DNA of 63,642 nt, counting the filler, from Octopus bimaculoides (lineage: Eukaryota), in assembly GCF_001194135.2 (NCBI RefSeq). It is 4 parts of 4 records of this genome, joined end to end, with 100 filler letters (N's around TTAATTAATTAA, not from the genome) between each part and the next. Parts side by side here need not be neighbours in the genome. Positions count along the whole stretch, not along the records: positions 1 to 31,585 come from NC_068982.1; 3 more parts are not named here. One strand, given 5' to 3'. The notes beneath the pieces were generated by a model. The model had not been told where the DNA came from and ran no database searches. It saw only the letters and a list, made by a program, of their open reading frames with translations. Positions 13,065-24,135 of the stretch are shown here, one piece after another. Made by a program: the position numbers and the translations under genes. Numbering within the stretch: the first letter of the stretch is position 1; each line of letters begins with the position of its first letter.

Positions 13065-13349
13065 CAGACAATTATAAAGAATACAGAGACTGGTACATCA
13101 TTAAATTTTTCTTTTAATTTTACAGATGATCATACAACATAATTATTTGGTTACATCTCTGATAATTTTCATAATCTAGAGAAGAGAACCCAGTGTTACT
13201 CCCCAGAAGAATTAAAGTGTGATTGCTAGCAATCAGTAATCATTGATGTTTATCACTACTTGATGAGGTTAGCCATAATCTGGAGTATACCTGAAAGCTA
13301 TCACAGTACCCACCTGGATCATTTTAGCACTGTATACTCACATTATATA

Positions 13350-13600
13350 TTTTTATTCTTTTACTTGTTTCCATCATTTGATTGTAGCCATGCTGGATCA
13401 CTGCCTTAAAAAGTTTTTTAACTGAAGAATTCGACCTCAGGACTTATTCTTTTTGAGCCTAGTACATATTCTATTGGTTTCTTTGGCCGAACTGTTAAGT
13501 TACAGCGAAGTGAACACACCAACATTGGTTGTCAGTTGATGGTGGGAGGACAAACACAGAAACAAAGGCACACATAAATACACACACACACACATATATA
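13350..13600 (-). mobile_element. SINE family A, 3' half
   Basis: ttttacttgtttc...catgctgga...ggacaaacacag, reverse complement of the family A tail. Confidence 0.7.
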
Positions 13601-13743
13601 TTTAGTCATCTATGTTGGGGGTGGTGGCAGACAGTCTATTTGGTGGGTGTTCACCTTGTTGGGGCATGCGTGTGTGCACATGGCTGCATTGGTGTATGCT
13701 AAGCCCAGCAAATAGTTTGACCAGAGCATACACCAACGCACCC

Positions 13744-13789
<46 letters not shown>

Positions 13790-14284
13790 NNNNNNNNNNN
13801 NNNNNNNNNNNNNNNNNNNNNNNNNNNNNNNNNNNNNNNNNNNNNNNNNNNNNNNNNNNNNNNNNNNNNNNNNNNNNNNNNNNNNNNNNNNNNNNNNNNN
13901 NNNNNNNNNNNNNNNNNNNNNNNNNNNNNNNNNNNNNNNNNNNNNNNNNNNNNNNNNNNNNNNNNNNNNNNNNNNNNNNNNNNNNNNNNNNNNNNNNNNN
14001 NNNNNNNNNNNNNNNNNNNNNNNNNNNNNNNNNNNNNNNNNNNNNNNNNNNNNNNNNNNNNNNNNNNNNNNNNNNNNNNNNNNNNNNNNNNNNNNNNNNN
14101 NNNNNNNNNNNNNNNNNNNNNNNNNNNNNNNNNNNNNNNNNNNNNNNNNNNNNNNNNNNNNNNNNNNNNNNNNNNNNNNNNNNNNNNNNNNNNNNNNNNN
14201 NNNNNNNNNNNNNNNNNNNNNNNNNNNNNNNNNNNNNNNNNNNNNNNNNNNNNNNNNNNNNNNNNNNNNTACATATATATACAT

Positions 14285-14745
14285 GGTGGTTGTCTACTCC
14301 TTATGCTGAGTTTGACCACCTCCTGTACCTACACCTTAGAACCATCATGGCATCTGATGTGGCTTTTTAAACAAGACAATGTTTTGAAAAGACACCTACA
14401 TAGATTGCATATCCGATTTGTACCACCAAGAGCTGCAGATAAGTTCTAATCTTTGTGGGTCTTAAAATGTCTTTTGAGGCCTCTGTTAGATTTTCAGACA
14501 TTTTGGCATACATTGCATTGAAAGGTGTGCAGATATATAGGCTGAATATTTGGTGAAGGTTCGTTTTCCATGGGTTCACAAATGAGATTTGAGCCCAGTA
14601 AAAGAGAGGTATGGTCTGTCACAAAGTGTGCATGCAAAAAGGTCATTGTTATTCACCTTCTCGTTTGTAACATTATTCCTTAAATCTCTCTTGAGTCTTG
14701 CATGTGTAATCCTGGCCTCTTCAAACGCTTCACTCCACTCTACAC
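14285..14745 (-). mobile_element. Degenerate LINE ORF2 C-terminus with CCHH zinc finger (RTE-like)
   Basis: Minus frame AFEEARITHARLKR...FACTLCDRPYLSFTGLKSHL*THG (C-x2-C-x12-H-x3-H; the stop is probably CGA to TGA). Confidence 0.65.
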
Positions 14746-14965
14746 TTTTGAAAGTAAAATTGACCTCAGCAGGATTTGAACTCAGAAGGCAGATACCACA
14801 AAGCTTTCTAGTCAACCCTTTAACAATTCTATCAATTCACCACATTCAGTTTACATATGGTCTTGTGAAAACAGCCAATGAAAAAGGGACGATGTACATG
14901 GGACTGAAGTCCATACCCCATGATTGAGAAGTAAACATTTCAAACACTCAGATATACAGCTATAT

Positions 14966-15134
14966 TTTCTGCTCTAGGCACAGGCCCGATATTTTGTGGG
15001 AGGGGGGGGCCAGTCGATTAGATTGACCCCAGTACACAACTGGTACTTAATTTATTGACCCCCGAAAAGAATAAAAAGCAAAGTCGACCTCGGTGGAATT
15101 TGAATACGGAACATTTCTGCCAGCTCACTGCTTT
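14966..15134 (-). mobile_element. tRNA-derived Nin-domain-like SINE (family C) with 16-bp target-site duplication
   Basis: gaccccagta..actggtact..atttattgacccc.gaaa..aaagtcgacctcgg; AGATATACAGCTATAT repeated at 14950-14965 and 15135-15150. Confidence 0.8.
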
Positions 15135-16053
15135 AGATATACAGCTATATGATATAACGCATAGATAAGTAAATCACAACACTCAATGTACACATCCCAA
15201 CATCTTCACTAACAACACAATCACCAATTTTGTTTCATGTTCATGATGGTGATACTGAATTTTAGTTAAGTATTATGATTTTACTTCTTTACCTTTTTTT
15301 TGTTTTTTATCTCTTTGTCTCTGCACACTTGCTTATCCAACTAGTGTTATTTTCTGAAAAACGATTTTGATTTATAAATCATACAAAATCTTAGAGTTGT
15401 TATGTTTTCAGCTGCAGTTTCCTGGTGGAATTTGGTTGATGTCCCATTATTATGATGAATATATGAGAAATAAGCAAGCAGTAGAAAAAAAAAACTGATT
15501 CTTTCTAAATGTGACAGACACAACAGATGCAACAAATGTAACTAAATTTCAAAAGATTCTCATTATTTAACTATTTTACAATTACATGGAATTAAGTATG
15601 ATTATTATATTACCACAGAGAAAGAAAAAAAAAAACAGAATTATATGTGTGTGTGTGCAAGTTTATATACATAAGCAAAGTCTTCAGCTTTATGAAGTGA
15701 TTCATTTTAAATTTCAGTTTATACCTATGTTTTCTCTTTTTTTAGTTTGACATTCATTTGTAGATATTGGATGGCAGAACTCTGTGTGTGTGTGGGGNNN
15801 NNNNNNNNNNNNNNNGTGCTTGTGTGTGTGTGTGTGTATCTGTGTTTGTGTCTATGTGACTATACAGCTTTGTATGAGCACAATTCATTCTTGTTAAGTT
15901 TGTTTACAACACTCATGTTAAGTTTGTTTAAGTTATGTGATTGCTGAGTGCTTGTGTGTATATATGTGTGTGACAGAACTTTTGTATTTGCATGAGTGTA
16001 TGTATGTAAGTATGTGTATACATATATATGTATGTGTGTATACATAGATAAAT

Positions 16054-16121
<68 letters not shown>

Positions 16122-16125
<4 letters not shown>

Positions 16126-16431
16126 TCATCATCATCATCGTCGTTTAATGTCCGCTTTCCATCCAACCCATGCTAGCATGGAAAGCGGACGTTAAATAAC
16201 GATGATGATGATGATGATCATCATCATCATCATCATCGTTTAACGTCCGCCTTCCATGCTAGCATGGGTTGGACGATTTGACTGAGGACTGGTGAAACCG
16301 GATGGCAACACCAGCCTCCAATCTGATTTGGCAGAGTTTCTACAGCTGGATACCCTTCCTAACACCAACCACTCAGAGAGTGTAGTGGGTGCTTTTACGT
16401 GTCACCCGCACGAAGGCCAGTCAGGCGGTAC
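16122..16431. mobile_element. Three RTE tail ends in alternating orientation (-,+,-)
   Basis: 16122-16162 minus, 16163-16218 plus, 16217-16431 minus. Confidence 0.8.
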
Positions 16432-16519
16432 TATATATATATATATATATACATATGTATGTATATATTTGTATTTATGTATGTATGTATGTATGTATGT
16501 ATGTATGCAGAAGCCAAGA

Positions 16520-17648
16520 CTGTGATTTAACGACTGTGTAAAGTCCTTATTAAAGGCCTGTGAAATGCGGGAGTCTGACTGGGAGAGCAATCCTTGTCAT
16601 TGCTACGGATGACACTCTTTCCTTTGACTAAGCAGAGTCGATTTCCGTACAAAGCAGCTTTCAAATGATGAAGTTGATCACAGTAAAGATCTGCAGTAAT
16701 TATTTGATTGTTGTCTAACAGTTCATAATGGACAATTCCTTCAATATCCCACCAAATACTCAACATGATCTTCCTTGGATGAAGTCCTCCTTTTGATTGT
16801 TGAATAGGTAGGTCTTCCTCCTTGACTGATTGACAACAGGCAGCATTTAGCATTATGATAAAGGATCCACTTCTCATCACCTTGTAACAAGCCTTCCTAA
16901 AATTAGTTCCTTGAGGTGTCATGAAAGCAATGACTGACAACACACAACATGCTGTTGAAGATTCTCTGGAGACAGTTAGTGTGATACCCATTTTCCAACC
17001 ACTGAAACCTTTCCGATCCTTTTCAGTTGGTTTAGAACAGTTGTATGGGCTACGTTAAACTGTTCTGCAAGTTCTCTGCAAATAGTGGTTGGATTTTCTG
17101 TGACAACAACTTCCAATTCTTTGGAATCAAGTTGTTTTGAACGACCTTTTTTTGGCTCATCATTCAAACTCAAATCCCCATTTCTGAAGTGAGAAAACCA
17201 CTGCAACTTCTTTCACTCGCTATATCGTCCCTATAAACACTCTGAAGAGACTTTGCTACTTTGCTTGCATTGACACCTTTATGAAACTCATAGAGGAAGA
17301 CATGTCTAATGTGATCTTTAGATGGGATGAACATAGGTGTGAATACAGCAGAAGATGAGGGCCAATACAATCAGAATCTGAAAAAACTGTATAAATTACT
17401 CATTGTGACATACTTAAAACATTACAAAAGGAACAATTTTTGAAAATACTATCTAAAACTGACAAGTAATATCCGTAGCCACTTCAACATGTCTGTCAAT
17501 TTGAATGGACAGCCATGTTGAAGTGGCTATGAATATTACTTGTCAGTACAACTACTGCATTGATTTCTTAGAGGGATTTTAGAACTATCATTATTAATAT
17601 CTAAAACTGTTTTCTTAAACATCAGGCATTACCTTTGCACTAACCTGA
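16520..17648 (-). mobile_element. Degenerate mariner (DD34D-type) transposon
   Basis: Frameshifted transposase from ATG 17334: HIRHVFLYEF..., WFSHFRNGDLSLNDEPKKGRS, GKWVSH, LHPRKIMLSIWWDIEGIVHYELL; 5' TIR TA|TCAGGTTAGTGCAAAGGTAAT at 17650-17628 resembles Hsmar1/MADE-type ends; 3' end lost. Confidence 0.9.
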
Positions 17649-17719
17649 TATATATTTAGTACCTAATGCGAGGAAAAACAACCAACAGAAGACGACCAAC
17701 TTTCTTTTAAATAAACTTA

Positions 17720-17781
17720 ACTGTGTATCGACCGATTTCGCGATTACTAGAATGAATCTAGATTTCGTTCATCAGCACAGT
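17720..17781 (-). ncRNA. Type-I hammerhead ribozyme-like motif, intact core, 6-bp helix I
   Basis: ACUGUG-CUGAUGA-ACGAAAUCUAGA(UUCAU)UCUAGUAAUCGC-GAAA-UCG(GU)CGA-UA|CACAGU. Confidence 0.75.
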
Positions 17782-18226
17782 ATTGTTCCAAAATATATAT
17801 AAATAAACAGAATTCTCACCTCACCAAAAACGAACACACTACGTATCCGACAGAGTAAAGGGAATGAAGTTTATCTGTATACATCTTCATCAAAGAAGCG
17901 GGAATACTTCCGAGTTGCTTTTGGGTACACGTGTGGAGACAGGAATAAAAATTCAGCATTGAATATATTCCGTGTAAATATTTGATAAATAAATTCAAAA
18001 AGGGATAAAGCTCTTTTACNNNNNNNNNNNNNNNNNNNNNNNNNNNNNNNNNNNNNNNNNNNNNNNNNNNNNNNNNNNNNNNNNNNNNNNNNNNNNNNNN
18101 NNNNNNNNNNNNNNNNNNNNNNNNNNNNNNNNNNNNNNNNNNNNNNNNNNNNNNNNNNNNNNNNNNNNNNNNNNNNNNNNNNNNNNNNNNNNNNNNNNNN
18201 NNNNNNNNNNNNNNNNNNNNNNNNNN

Positions 18227-18429
18227 TAAGGGTGGATGTTACTGTTGCTTTTAGCCCCAGGAGAACATCTCCTCCAGCTGGCTTATCAACACACATCTGT
18301 GTCCTGTCTATTTTTTGCCAAGGGAAGTTATCCCTCCCATCGTGATCTGTGTCGATAAGATGTGTGTCGATAAGCCAGCTGGAGGAGATGTTCTCCTGGG
18401 GCTAAAAGCAACAGTAACATCCACCCTTA
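18227..18429. mobile_element. MITE-like element with 72-bp terminal inverted repeats
   Basis: 18227-18298 and 18358-18429 are reverse complements with one mismatch; TA at both ends; the left edge abuts an assembly gap. Confidence 0.8.
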
Positions 18430-18611
18430 GGGGTCAGCCACATTTAAGTGGCAAATATACTTCACTTTATCGTGCAGTTACTGTTAATACCTCGTTCAGA
18501 GATTTAACATTGCTTGTTTTCACTTTTTCGATATCAGTGAAGAATTTCACTGGAAAAAGATTTATATTTTTTGCCGAGAGATTGTCTTTCTCATCGGAGA
18601 TCGGCGATTAT

Positions 18612-18657
18612 CATATGCTGAAGAAGGGAAATAACCCTGAAACTCGGGTCATATATG
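18612..18657 (+). ncRNA. Hammerhead ribozyme-like motif, weak helix I
   Basis: CUGAAGA-AGGG(AAAUAA)CCCU-GAAA-C(UCGG)G-UC|; helix I pairs only with a bulge. Confidence 0.5.
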
Positions 18658-18743
18658 TATAAAATAAATGAAAGAAGTTATTCCAAAATTCTGACGACTT
18701 TTTTTTCAATATTTACTTCAGTACATCACATCTAAGACTCTCT

Positions 18744-18803
<60 letters not shown>

Positions 18804-18888
18804 TGTGGCTAGGGAGAGTCATTAGGCCAATATTGTCTCAACACACAAATTCACATAAAGGATCGTGCAAACCAGATACAAAAACGAA

Positions 18889-18990
<102 letters not shown>

Positions 18991-18997
18991 CCACCGC

Positions 18998-19200
18998 CCT
19001 GAGTGAAAAGATGGACTTAAGAAGCATCAGATGTGGTGTGCAAGAGACTGCACTGGTATTGATATGTGTTGCATATGGATGAGGACAGCTGTGTGAAAAA
19101 GTGTCACACCCTAGCAGTAGAAGAAACCTGTGGAAGAGGTAGACCCAGGAAAACCTGGGATGAGGTGCCGAAGGATGACCTTTGAACGTTGGGCCTTACT
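18998..19200 (+). mobile_element. RTE-LINE ORF C-terminal fragment
   Basis: Degenerate MDEDSCVKKCHTLAVEETCGRGRPRKTWDEV, the RTE-type GRGRPRKTW ending. Confidence 0.75.
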
Positions 19201-19627
19201 TGATTGGGTACCACTTTTTATTATTTTTTTTGCTGATCCTTTAATGCACTAACTACTTTGAAATTATAAAAGAGTACCTCTGAATACCTGTTGTGTTTTA
19301 TACTGACTTACATCTGTTTGGCTAATTTGGTATTGTTCTTCTGGAAGCTAACATATGTATACATGCACACAAAAGTCTTACAACATAAGATTTTTGCCTG
19401 TATCTGTTGTAGTATTTAAAGGAAGAGAATTTGCGATGCTACACGCCTACATGTGAGTATATATGTCTACAGTAGTTTTACTGTATGTATACATGTGTAT
19501 TACTTCGCATGTGTGTGACCCTACATATGAGTGTCTAAATATGAGCATGTGGCACATGAATGTATATGTGTGTGTGTGCACGCACAGGGTCAGACAACCT
19601 GCTTGGATAACAAACTTTGATTTTCAG

Positions 19628-19655
19628 ATCTATCTACAAATGAACTAACTGAAGG
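19628..19655 (+). other. Candidate 28-nt micro-exon
   Basis: ctttgattttcAG acceptor and consensus GG|GTAAGT donor; one reading is (D)LSTNELTE(G). No homology recognised. Confidence 0.2.
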
Positions 19656-19840
19656 GTAAGTCAGCCATACCAGAACTGTTGTGATCAAATTATCAAATAA
19701 ATACCAAGACAAACAAATTTACTCATTTGCTTTCACAATTTAATATATGCCAATGACTGTTGTTGTTATTACTGCTTTATTGACCCACAGCCTTACTATT
19801 TTGCTTCTTTCTCTCAACAGTGTGTATATATATAAATATA

Positions 19841-20930
19841 CAGGGGTTGGACAAAATAATGGAAACACCTAGCATCATAGCATCATGATTTTGAAATATC
19901 TACAACACCATCAAAAGCTTGTATATTTTTATGTTTTTTGCTTTATCATTAGTGTTGATTAATATGTTTTGATAAAATTGCTGTTTCTTTTAAGATATCA
20001 TCAGGAAAAGTTAGTTCATTAAAATGACAGATCTATCGGACTTTCAAAGAGGTCATATTGTTGGTGATCTTATGGCAGGTGCTAGCATAATGAAAACAGC
20101 TGAAATGTTTGGTGTATCAAGAAGTATGTCTCGAAAGTAATGGCAGCGAATTGTTAGAAAGGGTCACAAAATTAGAGCTCCCAAAATTACTGCAGAGCTT
20201 AATGACCACCTCGAGAACCTAGTTTCCACAAAAACTGTTCTCTGGGAGCTGCACAAAGCTGGATTTCATGGGACGGCTGCAATCAGAAAACCACTACTTT
20301 CAAAAACAAACGTTACCAAGTGTTTAGAGTGGAGTAGAAACCTACAGAATTGGTCCCTAGAACAGTGGCAGAATGTTATTTTCTCAGACAAGTCATCCTT
20401 TACCTTATTTCCTATCACTGGCTGAGTATGTGTGGAGACAACCAAAAGAAGCATTTGACCCAGACTGCCTTCTTCCAACTGTTAAACATGGAGGAGGATC
20501 CATGATGATCTGGGGAGCTATGTCTTAGAAATCTACCAGCCCAATGGTTTCCCTTCATGGTTGAATTAATAGTCAAGATTATTTAAGCATTTTATCTGAT
20601 CAAATTCATCCTATGGTTGCAGAACTGTTTCCGGTGAAGTTGAACATCTTATCTGGCCACCACAGTCCCCAGATCTCAATATTATTGAACATTTATGGTG
20701 CATTTTAGAAAAACAAGTAAGGAGTTGATATTCTCCACTATCATCACTACAAGAACTGGAGACTGTTTTAGCTGGAAAATGGACATAAATTCCTTTAGAA
20801 ACAACTCAAACTTTGTACAAGTCCATACCTCATAGAATCCAAGTTGTAATTACTGCCAAAGGTAGTCCTACCCCATATTAAAATAAATTTCTTTAAAATT
20901 TTAAGGTGTTTCCATTATTTTGTCCACCCC

Positions 20931-20933
<3 letters not shown>
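19841..20933 (+). mobile_element. Tc1-like transposon, complete ends, degenerate and internally deleted transposase
   Basis: 30-bp TIRs CAGGGGTTGGACAAAATAATGGAAACACCT (1 mismatch), TA on both sides; relics FSD(K)SSF, PTVKHGGGSMMIWG, SPDLNIIEHLW. Confidence 0.92.
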
Positions 20934-20967
<34 letters not shown>

Positions 20968-21131
20968 CAAAGGATGTTGTAACCGTTACCAATATAGCAT
21001 AAGACTTTATCCTAGGGGATCATTGACTAGATTCCCTAAGGGTCGTTCTCACAGTTTATATTTATATTTGAAGGTTTTAAATTTTTATATTTAAAAGAGA
21101 TAGAGACTTCGAACTCGACAGATCCATATTC

Positions 21132-21178
<47 letters not shown>

Positions 21179-21310
21179 GGAGGAGTATGTGTTGGTCTGT
21201 CTGATGTGTCTGAGTGTAAAAATATCCATCACTAACTTCCTTTTATGCTGTTCTTTTAATATCCTGTTATATCTCCTACCATCCTCCAATCTGTTATACC
21301 AACTTGCTCT

Positions 21311-21662
21311 ATTTCTTTATTGCCCACGGGGGTGCTAAACAGAGAGGGGACAAACAAGGACAGACAAAGGGATTAAGCAAAGTTGACCTCGGCAGAATTT
21401 GAACTCAGTACGTAATGGCAGGCAAAATACCTATTTCTTTACTGCCCACAAGGGGCTACACACAGAGGGGACAAACAAGGACAGACAAACGGATTAAGTC
21501 GATTTTATCGACCCCAGTGCGTAACTGGTACTTAATTTATCGACCCCGAAAGGATGAAAGGCAAAGTCGACCTCGGCGGAATTTGAACTCAGAACGCAGT
21601 GGCAGACGAAATACCGCAAAGCATTTCGCCCGGCGTGATAACGTTTCTGCCAGCTCGCCACC
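21311..21662 (-). mobile_element. Head-to-tail dimer of SINE family C
   Basis: Complete young copy 21432-21662 (head ggcgagctggcagaaacgtt, central gcctttcatcctttcggggtcgataaattaagtaccag) joined to an internally deleted copy 21311-21431. Confidence 0.85.
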
Positions 21663-22449
21663 TTACTTATTCATAATATGCATGCCAGGTGTATATAAGG
21701 GCATGCAATAAAAATTGTATTGCATTTTTTGCTGATAATACCAAAGAAGTGAGCAGCTAGATTGCATAGATGGGTTACACAGTTTGCCCAATAACAAAAT
21801 TCAGCTTGCGGAAATGCATATGTGTTAAATAAGGCATGAAAATACCAGCTGCATTTTCTGCATTTTTTTATTACTGAATAATGCAACTAGAACTCCTTCT
21901 CACCCAACCTATCCAAATATATGATGGTTATGTTTAAACCAAATGGTGTGTAGAAGTGGAATGTAGAAGTGGAGTGTAGAACTACTTACTGAGCCTACAT
22001 TTTGATAATGTGTCCTGCTTTACAGCAGATTTTAAAATCATACTCATATATATTCTGTCTCTCCATCATTTAAAACTATTCTTGTCTTCTTGGCTCCAAG
22101 ACTGTTTGTCCTCGTCCACAGTCCTAAATCACACTCTGTGTCGTTTTGCTTGTTATGTTTCATTTTATTTGCTCTTGTCCCTAATTCTAAACAAGAAAGC
22201 ATTTTTTTTTGCATGCACTGCCAATTGGGAAGCATTCAGTTTTATCGTTTAAGGTGTGAAACTGAAGAGTACCATTGGTCAATAACTGATGAAGAATTAT
22301 GGACTTTCTGTCTCTTGTTTGTTTTTACATTCAGTATACGTTATGTTGTTTGTTTATACATTTTTTCAATTACCAAGTAACAGAATGCAACACATTGAAT
22401 TTGTTTTAACAAGTGAGTTTATATATAAACTAAATCATTTAAGCTTGCA

Positions 22450-23400
22450 ACATCTACAGGAGGAGCAAAATGTAACAACTGAAAGAAGTTACTCCATTAA
22501 CTGTTTGGACCACAGATCTAATGAGCTGTTTAAAATACAACAGCTCTTGGGTGTATGAATAGAGGATCAGAATCGATGTAATGTGCTGATAAGCACTATG
22601 ATAATTCTAATAAAAGCCAAAAGTTTGTATGCTAGTTTTCAGGAAAAGGCAAATGAAATATCTAATGAAAAACTTTTTCCGGCTAGTAAAGGCTGGTTTG
22701 AAAGGTTTAAGAAGAGCTTGAATTTGTACAGCATAAAAACGACAGGCAAAGCTGCCAGTAATGATTGTTGGCACTCCGTCGCTTACGACGCTGGGGATTC
22801 CAGTTGATTCAATCAACGGAACAGCCTGCTTGTGAAATTAACGTGCAAGTGACTGAGCACTCCACAGATACGTGTACCCTTAACATAGTTCTCAGGGATA
22901 TTCAGTGTGACACAATGTGACAAGGCTGACCATTTGAATTACAGGCACAACAGAAACAGGAAGTAAGAGTGAGAGAAAGTTGTGGAGAAAGAGTACAGCA
23001 TGGTTCGCTAGCATCCCCTGCCGGAGCCTCGTGGAGCTTTAGGTGTTTTCGCTCAATAAACATTCACAGCGCGCGGTCTGGGAATCGAAACTGCAATCTT
23101 ATGACCGCGAATCTGCTGCCCTAACCACTGGGCCATTGCGCCTCCACCAGTAATGATACAAAAGCTGCTATTAATCATCTTTCATCTTGAGCAGCTGAAA
23201 AAAAAAAAAAAAAAAAGAATGGTTGCTGTACTGGGGTACACACCAGACCATTGATGAAATTACATTTTGCTAGAAGCTCATGATCTCTAGTACTTTATTT
23301 CTCTTAAAGAAAAATCAACACCACGATTTAAAGCTTCCACAAGTCATCTGGAGGATCCTTGTATTTGCTTTTGAAAATCATTTGGATTTTATTTGAATTT
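22450..23400 (+). mobile_element. pogo/Tigger-like transposase fragment interrupted by a SINE
   Basis: IILIKAKSLY...FPASKGWFERFKK..L..IKTTGKAASND (CENP-B-type HTH), continuing after the SINE with GYTPD and FISLKEKSTPRFKAS. Confidence 0.75.
22766..23146 (-). mobile_element. Full-length tRNA-derived SINE (OR2-like) with 11-bp TSD
   Basis: Head tggaggcgcaatggcccagtggttagggcagc...gtttcgattccc; CCAGTAATGAT at 22755-22765 and 23147-23157. Confidence 0.9.
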
Positions 23401-24089
23401 CACGAAATATATTAGCTCTATAAATACTCTTAAGATACAGATATATTTGTCTCTGTCATCTAAAAATAGTGATGCAAATACAATTACACTCTATAGATGA
23501 CTGCAAAGCTAGAAATAACTTTAAGCCACAAATTTTAAGAATGTACCCTATTACAATATTATGGTTCTTATCTATTCCAGTAAGTATTTCATTTTCAAAT
23601 ATTTTCAAGTATAAATATTCTGCTTTGTGTGATTAGGAATTATATTCATAACCAAAGATAGTCATATTGCTTTTCGTTTTTGCTTTTCTGACATTCACAA
23701 AATCAGTTGGAAGGCATTATCACTTTGTAACACGAAAATCATTGGGAAAACTATTTTGCATTAGGGGATTTTGTGTTACAAGTTTTCAGGAACACACTAC
23801 TTCCATAATACATAGAATTCATACATACATACATATACATATATATATATATATAAATATATACATACACACACACACACACACACACTTGTGTGCGCAT
23901 GCACACATGCACACACACACATACACACACACACATGACAGAAGTAAATAGACACCCTTATAATCATTAAAATTTATTTAAATCTGAAATTATATCTTCA
24001 AATTATTTATTAATTGTTATAATGTGAATATTTAATATTTAGTAGACATGCCCTTTGCATTTTTCAATCTATCTATCTATCTATCTATC

Positions 24090-24135
<46 letters not shown>

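Noticed and set aside
23050-23146. tRNA-like sequences at SINE heads (here and at 7505, 9239, 21600)
   Set aside because: Each continues into a SINE body and lacks a complete cloverleaf and terminator; not tRNA genes.
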